Shown: positions 24,910-32,000 of the stretch, in pieces
Numbering within the stretch: the stretch's first letter is position 1
Layout of the letters: every line of letters starts with the position of its first letter
Notes under the pieces: model-generated
The model's input: the letters and a program-made list of their open reading frames with translations, nothing else
The model's database searches: none
Told to the model about the DNA's origin: nothing
Source: Rhodobacter capsulatus SB 1003
GTDB taxonomy: Bacteria > Pseudomonadota > Alphaproteobacteria > Rhodobacterales > Rhodobacteraceae
Direction of reading: 5' to 3'
Assembly: GCF_000021865.1 (NCBI RefSeq)
Contig: NC_014034.1
Span: 1,410,001 to 1,442,000, forward strand
DNA length: 32,000 nucleotides
Program-made: the position numbers and the translations under genes

Positions 24910-25178
24910 CGTGATGCGTGCCCGATCCATCGGGTTTCGCGGCCGATGCGGCTCCCGAAGTGATCAAGGCTGGTGCGCGCAAATCCATCGAGCCAATCGG
25001 GCGCCCAACGATCCGCCGCGACATGTCCGAAAATCGGACGCTCTGATTGCGAAAACTCGGCTATCCTGTTGCGGTCTTCCAGCTGCCTGCACACTGTGCC
25101 GGCCTATGGAACGGGAGATCCATGGACCGGGAGACCGCTATCGACAGCAGATCGGCCATTCGTTCGGGGGAGGAGCAG

Positions 25179-26972
25179 ATGGCACACCGTATCAGAAAGC
25201 GCGGCTGGGAGGAGTTCATGGCGGTTGGCCGCGCGTCTCCGGATGTCCGCAGCGAAGTTTTGCAGAGTTGGCAGCGGTCCGCGGGGCGACGGATCGAAAA
25301 GCTGAAACAAGCGCCGCTCCTGAGCGAGGAGGACTTGCTGACGCAGAGGGCGCAGGCGCGCCGCCTGCGGTCCGGCGCGCGCGGGGTTCTGAACAGGGCA
25401 GGAAGTCTGTTGGGCGGCAGCGAAAACATCTTGTTGCTCTGTGATCGCGGCGGGGTTGTCCTTGACGCGGTCGGGGATGAAACGACGCTTGCGCGCGGGC
25501 GCGAAAACCATCTGCATCTGGGCGGGCATTGGACGGAGGACGCGATCGGCACCAATGCGATCGGCACGGCGATCGCGCTTGCGCGTCCGGTCGAACTGCG
25601 CGACGCGGAGCATTTCTGCGAAGAGATCCACCGCTGGAACTGTGCCGCGACGCCGATTACCGACCAGAGCACCGGACTGCTGCTGGGGGTGATGGATATT
25701 TCCTGGCCGAGTGACCTGACACAGGCCAGCGCCATGGCGCTCTCGGCGGCACTGGCGCTGCAAGTCGAATCCGAACTGATCCGACTTCTGGCACGCGAGC
25801 GCGAATTCTTGATGGAACAGTTGCACCTGCGCCGCCTGCGCCGTGGAAACGAGCCGATGCTGATCATGGACCGCAGCGGCGCCGATGTCTTCGCAACAGA
25901 GAACTTCGTTCGGTTCTGCGACGACGACAAGGCGTTGCGGCGGCTCAGAGAGCGCATTCCGAACCTCATCGATCAGGCCCCGGACACCATTTCCGAGGCC
26001 TTGGCCGGATGCCTGCCGGGCACTGACATGGAGGTGATCGAGACCGGCAGCGATGCGATCGGCGTGCTGATTTCGCTGCGGCGCAATCGGCTGCATGCTG
26101 GTGAATCCTGTCCCGATCTGGTCAGGATCGGCGCCGCGGGGGCAGTCAGCGCGACGCTGAGCGCACAGGCGAAGCGGCTCGCCCAGACGGCTATCCCTCT
26201 TCTGGTCGAGGGTGAGACCGGCACCGGCAAGACCCATCTTGCGCGCGCCATCCACCGCGCCAGCCTGCAATCGGGCGGTCCCTTCGAGCTGATCGACTGC
26301 GCCCGGCTGACCGCCGCCCCCCTGCGCGAGGACATGCTGGAAGGGCGGATCGGTGCGGATGACGGCGTGCTTTGCCTCAATCGCCCCGAAGAGGCCTCTC
26401 CGGAGGTCCAGAAGCTCTTGCTGAACCTGATCGAGGACGTGTCCGGCGCGGGCATGCGGATCATCGCGCTTGCTACCCGGCCGCTGTACAAGGAGATGCA
26501 GAAAGGCGCTTTCCGCAGCGATCTTTATTACCGGCTCGCCGGCGCGAAGCTCGAAATCCGGCCGCTGCGCGAACGCCGCGACGAGATCGCACCGCTTCTG
26601 AGCGAGTTGGTGCGAAACCACATGGCCGACCGGGGCGGGCGAGAGCTGAAATTCACCTCCGGCGCGATGGCGGCGCTGATTGCCCATGCCTGGCCGGGCA
26701 ATCTGCTCGAGATGACCCATCTGATCGCAACGCTTGATGCGCTCTCGCCTACAGGGTTGATCGACGTCCGCTCCCTGCCGCCGGAATTTCGCCACAGCGG
26801 CGGCGGGTCCGGCGAAGAGACGTTGCGCGACAAGGAACGGCAGGAAATCCTTGGTGCGATCGAGGTCGAGAACGGCAATCTGACACGCGCCGCACGTCGG
26901 CTCGGCATTGCCCGCTCGACGCTTTATCTCAAGCTGGAAAGCTACGGTTTGCCGCGGCCGCGAAAGACCTGA
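25179..26972 (+). CDS. acxR: AcoR/AcxR-type bacterial enhancer-binding-protein-like transcriptional activator (GAF-like sensor, AAA+ module, Fis-type HTH)
   Basis: Track ORF 25047..26972. Candidate starts are 25179 (GGAGGAG upstream, MAHRIRK...) and 25122. The sensor reads WTEDAIGTNAIGTAIALARPVELRDAEHFCEEIHRWNCAATPI...GVMDISWP (AcoR-like). Walker A is GETGTGKTHLARAIH, followed by FRSDLYYRL, WPGN, and the HTH GNLTRAARRLGIARSTLYLKL. It sits directly upstream of acxABC. Confidence 0.85.
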   Translation: MAHRIRKRGWEEFMAVGRASPDVRSEVLQSWQRSAGRRIEKLKQAPLLSEEDLLTQRAQARRLRSGARGVLNRAGSLLGGSENILLLCDRGGVVLDAVGDETTLARGRENHLHLGGHWTEDAIGTNAIGTAIALARPVELRDAEHFCEEIHRWNCAATPITDQSTGLLLGVMDISWPSDLTQASAMALSAALALQVESELIRLLAREREFLMEQLHLRRLRRGNEPMLIMDRSGADVFATENFVRFCDDDKALRRLRERIPNLIDQAPDTISEALAGCLPGTDMEVIETGSDAIGVLISLRRNRLHAGESCPDLVRIGAAGAVSATLSAQAKRLAQTAIPLLVEGETGTGKTHLARAIHRASLQSGGPFELIDCARLTAAPLREDMLEGRIGADDGVLCLNRPEEASPEVQKLLLNLIEDVSGAGMRIIALATRPLYKEMQKGAFRSDLYYRLAGAKLEIRPLRERRDEIAPLLSELVRNHMADRGGRELKFTSGAMAALIAHAWPGNLLEMTHLIATLDALSPTGLIDVRSLPPEFRHSGGGSGEETLRDKERQEILGAIEVENGNLTRAARRLGIARSTLYLKLESYGLPRPRKT

Positions 26973-27098
26973 GCGCGCGTCCGCAGCGTGTCCGTCGAAC
27001 TGCACGACAATCGGACAGCCGCGACCGCCTCTTCCCGCCTAGGCTCTTCTGGCGCCGACCTCCGTCTTGGGGCGGCGACACAGGAGGGAGGAACATCC

Positions 27099-29252
27099 AT
27101 GCCATTGGACCGGGAAAAAACCCGCTCTGTTCAGGTGCTTGGCATCGACGCCGGCGGCACGATGACGGACACGTTCTTTGTCGACGCGAATGGGGATTTC
27201 GTTGTCGGCAAGGCGCAATCGACCCCGCAAAACGAGGCGCTGGGGCTGCTTGAATCGAGCCGGGAGGGGCTGCAACACTGGGGGCTGAGCCTTGAGGAGG
27301 CCCTGTCCTCGATCCAGACCGGGGTCTATTCGGGCACGGCGATGCTCAACCGCGTGGTGCAGCGCAAGGGGCTGCGCTGCGGGCTGATCGTCAATGCGGG
27401 GATGGAGGATTTCCACCGCATGGGCCGCGCGATCCAGGCCTATCTCGGCTTTGCCTACGAGGACCGGATCCATCTCAACACCCATTACTACGACGAACCG
27501 CTGGTGCCGCGGCACCTGACGCGCGGGGTGATGGAACGGATCGACATGTTCGGGGACGTGGTGATCCCGCTGCGCGAGGAGACGGCGCGTCAGGCGGCGG
27601 CCGAGCTGATCGCGCAGGATGTCGAGGGCATCGTGATTTCGCTTTTGCACAGCTACAAGAACCCCGCCCATGAGCGCCGCGTCCGCGACATCGTCGCCGA
27701 AGAACTGGAGAAGGCGGGCAAGACGACCCCGGTCTTCGCCTCGACGGATTACTATCCGGTGCGCAAGGAGACCCATCGCACCAATACCACCATTCTTGAG
27801 GCCTATGCCGCCGAGCCCTCGCGTCAGACCCTCAGGAAGATCACCGGCGCCTTCAAGGAAAACGGCTCGCGGTTCGATTTCCGGGTGATGGCGACGCATG
27901 GCGGCACGATCTCGTGGAAGGCGAAGGAACTGGCGCGCACCATCGTTTCGGGGCCGATCGGCGGCGTGATCGGGGCGAAATATCTGGGCGAGGTGCTGGG
28001 CTACAAGAACATCGCCTGTTCCGATATCGGCGGCACGTCCTTTGACGTGGCGCTGATCACGCAAAACGAGCTGACGATCCGCAACGACCCGGACATGGCG
28101 CGGCTCGTGCTGTCGTTGCCGCTGGTCGCGATGGATTCGGTAGGCGCGGGCGCGGGCAGCTTCATCCGCCTTGATCCCTACACCAAGGCGATCAAGCTGG
28201 GCCCGGACAGTGCGGGCTATCGCGTCGGCGTGTGCTGGGCCGAAAGCGGCATCGAGACGGTGACGATTTCCGACTGCCATGTGATCCTTGGCTATCTGAA
28301 CCCCGACAATTTCCTTGGCGGGCAGGTCAAGCTTGATCGCCAGCGCGCCTGGGACGCGATGAAGACCCAGATCGCCGATCCGCTCGGCCTCTCGGTCGAG
28401 GATGCGGCGGCGGGCGTGATCGAACTGCTCGACAGCGATCTGCGCGACTACCTGCGCTCGATGATTTCGGGCAAGGGCTATTCGCCCTCTTCCTTCACCT
28501 GCTTCAGCTATGGCGGCGCCGGGCCGGTGCATACCTATGGCTACACCGAGGGGCTGGGCTTCGAAGATGTGATCGTGCCCGCCTGGGCCGCGGGCTTCTC
28601 TGCCTTCGGCTGTGCGGCGGCAGATTTCGAATATCGCTATGACAAGTCGCTCGACCTCAATATCGCGCGCGACGGCTCGGACGATCTCAAGGCGCATGAG
28701 GCGCGCACGCTCAACGACGCCTGGCACGAGCTGACCGAACGCGTGCTCGAGGAATTCGAGCTCAACGGCTATACGCGCGATCAGGTCAAGCTGCAGCCCG
28801 GCTTCCGCATGCAATACCGCGGCCAGCTCAACGACCTCGAGATCGAAAGCCCGATCCCGGCGGCGAAGACCGCCGCAGACTGGGACAAGCTCGTGGCCGC
28901 CTTCAACGACACCTATGGCCGCGTCTATGCCGCCTCGGCACGTTCGCCCGAGCTGGGCTATTCGGTCACCGGCGCGATCATGCGCGGCATGGTGCCGATC
29001 CCGAAACCGAAAATCCCGAAGGAGCCCGAGACCGGGGCGACCCCGCCCGAGGCGGCGAAACTGGGCACGCGCAAGTTCTACCGCAAGAAGAAATGGGTCG
29101 ATGCCCGGCTTTACCGGATGGAGAAGCTCTTGCCCGGCAACCGCATCACCGGCCCCGCGATCATCGAATCCGACGCGACGACCTTTGTCGTGCCGGACGG
29201 GTTCGAAACCTGGCTGGACGGGCACCGCCTGTTCCACCTGAAGGAAGTGTAA
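27099..29252 (+). CDS. acxA: Acetone carboxylase beta subunit (hydantoinase/oxoprolinase A family)
   Basis: ATG 27099 has GGAGGGAGG upstream; the track ORF starts at 26988. The N-terminus is VLGIDAGGTMTDTFFVD (the hydantoinase_A ATPase motif). The 717-aa length and the gene order (A, then B, then the small gamma subunit) match acxABC. Confidence 0.85.
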   Translation: MPLDREKTRSVQVLGIDAGGTMTDTFFVDANGDFVVGKAQSTPQNEALGLLESSREGLQHWGLSLEEALSSIQTGVYSGTAMLNRVVQRKGLRCGLIVNAGMEDFHRMGRAIQAYLGFAYEDRIHLNTHYYDEPLVPRHLTRGVMERIDMFGDVVIPLREETARQAAAELIAQDVEGIVISLLHSYKNPAHERRVRDIVAEELEKAGKTTPVFASTDYYPVRKETHRTNTTILEAYAAEPSRQTLRKITGAFKENGSRFDFRVMATHGGTISWKAKELARTIVSGPIGGVIGAKYLGEVLGYKNIACSDIGGTSFDVALITQNELTIRNDPDMARLVLSLPLVAMDSVGAGAGSFIRLDPYTKAIKLGPDSAGYRVGVCWAESGIETVTISDCHVILGYLNPDNFLGGQVKLDRQRAWDAMKTQIADPLGLSVEDAAAGVIELLDSDLRDYLRSMISGKGYSPSSFTCFSYGGAGPVHTYGYTEGLGFEDVIVPAWAAGFSAFGCAAADFEYRYDKSLDLNIARDGSDDLKAHEARTLNDAWHELTERVLEEFELNGYTRDQVKLQPGFRMQYRGQLNDLEIESPIPAAKTAADWDKLVAAFNDTYGRVYAASARSPELGYSVTGAIMRGMVPIPKPKIPKEPETGATPPEAAKLGTRKFYRKKKWVDARLYRMEKLLPGNRITGPAIIESDATTFVVPDGFETWLDGHRLFHLKEV

Positions 29253-29266
29253 GGGAGGACACGCAG

Positions 29267-31576
29267 ATGAACGCACCAACGGCAATCCGCGGCATCGTCC
29301 GTGGCGGCGACACGCTGAAACAGCATCGCGACGGCATCATGGAGGCCAGCAAACGCACCGGGCACTATGCCGGGCTGAAGCAGATGGAGCTGCGCGACAG
29401 CGACCCCATCATGTACAACAAGCTGTTCTCGCGGCTTCGGGCGGGGGTCGTCGATGCCCGCGAGACCGCCAAGAAGATCGCCGCCTCGCCGATCGTGGAG
29501 CAGGAAGGGGAGCTGTGCTTCACCCTTTACAATGCGGCGGGCGACAGCATCCTGACCTCGACCGGCATCATCATCCATGTCGGCACCATGGGCGCCGCGA
29601 TCAAATACATGATCGAAAACGACTGGGAGAGCAATCCCGGCGTCAAGGACCGGGATATCTTCTGCAACAACGACAGCCTGATCGGCAATGTCCACCCCTG
29701 CGACATCCACACCATCGTGCCGATCTTCCATGAGGGCGAGCTGATCGGCTGGGTCGGGGGGGTGACCCATGTGATCGACACCGGCGCCGTCGGCCCGGGC
29801 TCGATGACCACGGGTCAGGTGCAGCGCTTCGGCGACGGCTATTCGGTCACCTGCCGCAAGGTCGGCGAGAATGACACGCTGTTTCGCGACTGGCTGCACG
29901 AGAGCCAGCGCTCGGTCCGGACCACCCGTTACTGGATGCTTGATGAACGCACCCGGATCGCGGGCTGTCACATGATCCGCAAGCTGGTGGCCGAGGTGAT
30001 TGCCGAGGAAGGGATCGAGGCCTACTGGAAATTCGCCTATGAGGCGGTCGAACATGGTCGGCTCGGGCTGCAAAACCGCATCAAGGCGATGACGATTCCC
30101 GGCAAGTATCGTCAGGTGGGCTTCGTCGACGTGCCCTATGCGCATGACGATGTGCGGGTGCCCTCGGATTTCGCCAAGGTCGACACGATCATGCACACGC
30201 CCTCGGAGATGACGATCCGCCCGGACGGCACATGGCGGCTCGATTTCGAAGGCGCGTCGCGCTGGGGCTGGCACACCTACAACGCGCATTCGGTCAGCTT
30301 CACCTCGGGCATCTGGGTGATGATGACCCAGACCCTGATCCCGACCGAGATGATCAACGACGGCGCCGCCTACGGCACCGAATTCCGCCTGCCCAAGGGC
30401 ACCTGGATGAACCCCGATGACCGGCGCGTGGCCTTTGCCTACAGCTGGCACTTTCTGGTGTCCTCCTGGACGGCGCTGTGGCGGGGCCTGTCGCGCAGCT
30501 ATTTCGGGCGCGGCTATCTCGAGGAGGTCAACGCCGGCAATGCCAACACCTCGAACTGGCTTCAGGGCGGCGGCTTCAACCAGTATGACGAGATCCACGC
30601 CGTCAATTCCTTCGAATGCGCGGCCAACGGGGTCGGCGCCAGCGCCATCGGCGACGGCCTCAGCCATGCCGCGGCGATCTGGAACCCCGAAGGCGACATG
30701 GGCGACATGGAGATCTGGGAACTGGCCGAACCGCTCGTCTATCTCGGCCGCCAGATCAAGGCGTCCTCGGGCGGCGCGGGCAAGTATCGCGGCGGCTGCG
30801 GCTTCGAGAGCCTGCGCATGGTCTGGAACGCCAAGGACTGGACGATGTTCTTCATGGGCAACGGCCATATCAGTTCCGACTGGGGGCTGATGGGGGGCTA
30901 TCCGGCCGCCTCGGGCTATCGTTTCGAAGCGCATGAAACCGGGCTGAAGGAGATCATCGCGCAGGGCGGCGACATCCCCCATGGCGGCGACACCGACCCC
31001 GGCAACCCGGTCTGGGACGGCCTCCTCAAGGGGGCGCGGATCAAGCGCGACAAGCAGGCGATCACCACCGAGGCGATGTTCAAGGATTATGACCTCTATC
31101 TCAACTACATGCGGGGGGGGCCGGGCTTTGGCGATCCGCTCGACCGCGACCCCGGGGCGGTGGCTGCCGATGTGAACGGCGGCTATCTGGTCGAGCGCTT
31201 CGCCCAGAGCGTCTATGGCGTCGTGCTGGTCAAGGGCGCGGACGGTCTTCTTGCGGCGGATGCTGCAGCGACCGAGGCGCGCCGCGCCGCGATCCGCAAG
31301 GACCGTCTCGCAAAGGCCGTGCCGACCGCGGAATGGATGAAGGGCGAACGCGACCGGATCCTGAAAAAGGAGGCGGGCGTGCATGTGCAGCAGATGTTTG
31401 CCGCAAGCTTCAAGCTCGGTCCGAAATGGGAGGAAGGGTTCCGCAAGTTCTGGGACCTGCCGATCGATTGGCGCCTGATGGAAGCCGATCTGCCGATCCC
31501 GTCCTATGGCCGGGACTATTCGATGGATCTGAGCGAATTGCCGGACGTGAAAACCGTCCAGTTCGTCGAGGAATGA
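29267..31576 (+). CDS. acxB: Acetone carboxylase alpha subunit (hydantoinase B family)
   Basis: ATG 29267 has GGGAGG upstream; the track ORF starts at 29093. It is 769 aa. It has a hydantoinase_B-like core (e.g. SSGGAGKYRGGCGFE) and lies between acxA and the gamma-subunit gene. Confidence 0.85.
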   Translation: MNAPTAIRGIVRGGDTLKQHRDGIMEASKRTGHYAGLKQMELRDSDPIMYNKLFSRLRAGVVDARETAKKIAASPIVEQEGELCFTLYNAAGDSILTSTGIIIHVGTMGAAIKYMIENDWESNPGVKDRDIFCNNDSLIGNVHPCDIHTIVPIFHEGELIGWVGGVTHVIDTGAVGPGSMTTGQVQRFGDGYSVTCRKVGENDTLFRDWLHESQRSVRTTRYWMLDERTRIAGCHMIRKLVAEVIAEEGIEAYWKFAYEAVEHGRLGLQNRIKAMTIPGKYRQVGFVDVPYAHDDVRVPSDFAKVDTIMHTPSEMTIRPDGTWRLDFEGASRWGWHTYNAHSVSFTSGIWVMMTQTLIPTEMINDGAAYGTEFRLPKGTWMNPDDRRVAFAYSWHFLVSSWTALWRGLSRSYFGRGYLEEVNAGNANTSNWLQGGGFNQYDEIHAVNSFECAANGVGASAIGDGLSHAAAIWNPEGDMGDMEIWELAEPLVYLGRQIKASSGGAGKYRGGCGFESLRMVWNAKDWTMFFMGNGHISSDWGLMGGYPAASGYRFEAHETGLKEIIAQGGDIPHGGDTDPGNPVWDGLLKGARIKRDKQAITTEAMFKDYDLYLNYMRGGPGFGDPLDRDPGAVAADVNGGYLVERFAQSVYGVVLVKGADGLLAADAAATEARRAAIRKDRLAKAVPTAEWMKGERDRILKKEAGVHVQQMFAASFKLGPKWEEGFRKFWDLPIDWRLMEADLPIPSYGRDYSMDLSELPDVKTVQFVEE

Positions 31577-31631
31577 CCTTCCGGGTGCCGCGTCCGGCGC
31601 GGCATCCCCCTCTTTTTGCGGAGACAAACCG

Positions 31632-32000
31632 ATGGCTTACACCAAGGCGAAGATCAAGGATCTGGTTGATGGCAAGATCGACCGGGACACGTTGCACACG
31701 ATGCTGGCGACGCCCAAGGATGCGGACCGGTTCGTGATGTATCTCGAGGTTCTGCAAGACCAGGTGCCGTGGGAGGACAGGATCATCCTGCCGCTGGGGC
31801 CGAAGCTTTATATCGTTCAGCGCAAGAGCGACCACAAATGGGTGGTGAAATCCCATGCGGGCCACGAGTTTTGCGACTGGCGCGAAAACTGGAAGCTGCA
31901 TGCGGTGATGCGGGTGCGCGAGACCCCCGAGGCGATGGAAGAGATCTATCCGCGCCTGATGGCGCCGACGGCGGGGTGGCAGGTGATCCGGGAGTATTAC
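31632..32000 (+). CDS. acxC: Acetone carboxylase gamma subunit (5' part; runs off the right edge)
   Basis: ATG 31632 gives MAYTKAKIKDLVDGKIDRDTLHTMLATPKDADRFVMYLEVLQDQVPWEDRIILPLGPKLYIVQRK...HEFCDWRENWKLHAVMRVRETPEAMEEIYPRLMAPTAGWQVIREYY, open to the window end. It is not in the track because there is no in-window stop. It is typical of the small acetone carboxylase subunit. Confidence 0.8.
   Translation, partial: MAYTKAKIKDLVDGKIDRDTLHTMLATPKDADRFVMYLEVLQDQVPWEDRIILPLGPKLYIVQRKSDHKWVVKSHAGHEFCDWRENWKLHAVMRVRETPEAMEEIYPRLMAPTAGWQVIREYY

Noticed and set aside
24910-24980. Possible degenerate terminal CRISPR repeat after the last full repeat
   Set aside because: The best register (about 24948..24979) matches only ~12 of 32 positions and implies a 38-nt spacer. 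That is indistinguishable from chance in GC-rich DNA.
24271-25024. Several ORFs with striking internal periodicity (SIHAPAGGAT..., PPRGRGSK..., RSPRGGVDRN...)
   Set aside because: The periodic peptides are simply translations of the 32-nt CRISPR repeat in different frames and strands. They are not coding sequence.
27040-27070. Possible sigma-54 promoter (cTGGCGCcgacctccgtcttgg) upstream of acxA
   Set aside because: With GG at 27051-27052, the GC expected 10 nt downstream is CG, and no TTGC-like -12 element is present. This does not meet the GG-N10-GC rule, so it is not called as a feature.
25061-31627. Long minus-strand ORFs (25061..25969, 25104..27005, 27039..29285, 29111..31627) opposite acxR, acxA and acxB
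   Set aside because: They are Arg/Ala/Gly/Pro-rich shadow ORFs in high-GC DNA. The + strand frames carry unambiguous EBP and hydantoinase A/B motifs with good RBSs.
1-32000. tRNA, rRNA or other structured RNA genes, and convincing Rho-independent terminators
   Set aside because: I found no cloverleaf-like or rRNA-like segments by eye. None of the stem-plus-T-tract candidates were convincing; for example, the one near 5,565-5,600 has an imperfect stem and no T-run. A tRNAscan/Infernal/TransTermHP run would be needed to exclude them properly.

Overview
High-GC, alphaproteobacterial-type chromosomal segment. The gene content would fit a Rhodobacter/Paracoccus-like organism, but that cannot be proven from this window.

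LEFT (1-7.8 kb): the 5' 3.8 kb of a very large secreted protein built from phage tail-fibre-type repeats. It lies on the minus strand and is absent from the ORF track because its stop is off-window. It is followed by an MgtC/DUF4010-like membrane protein, a DUF4236-like protein and a GNAT acetyltransferase.

CENTRE (about 7.9-24.9 kb): a mosaic accessory/defence island containing, in order:
- an IS66-family transposase with a terminal inverted repeat at 8177;
- an AT-rich stretch with no intact gene;
- a complete type I R-M operon (hsdR-hsdM-hsdS) with a fourth, translationally coupled gene (possible PUA-like N-terminus, T5orf172/GIY-YIG-like C-terminus);
- a visibly AT-richer two-gene cassette (ABC-type ATPase with a DUF3696-like C-terminus plus a 311-aa protein with no family I recognise), which I rate as the best candidate for an undescribed defence system;
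- an IS5-type transposase relic;
- a Lon-type AAA+ ATPase apparently split over two frames, plus a small ORF;
- IS66 tnpA-tnpB, whose end (GTAAGCG...) sits inside a CRISPR repeat;
- a type I-C-like CRISPR array with no cas genes in this window and no recognisable leader (9 full repeats plus a 13-nt repeat remnant), carrying an exact tandem duplication of a 3-spacer block.

RIGHT (25-32 kb): acxR-acxABC (acetone carboxylase). The AcxR AAA+ module appears to lack the GAFTGA loop and has degenerate Walker B and sensor II motifs.

Most long opposite-strand ORFs in the track are GC-driven shadow ORFs. All domain calls come from reading motifs by eye; no searches were run.
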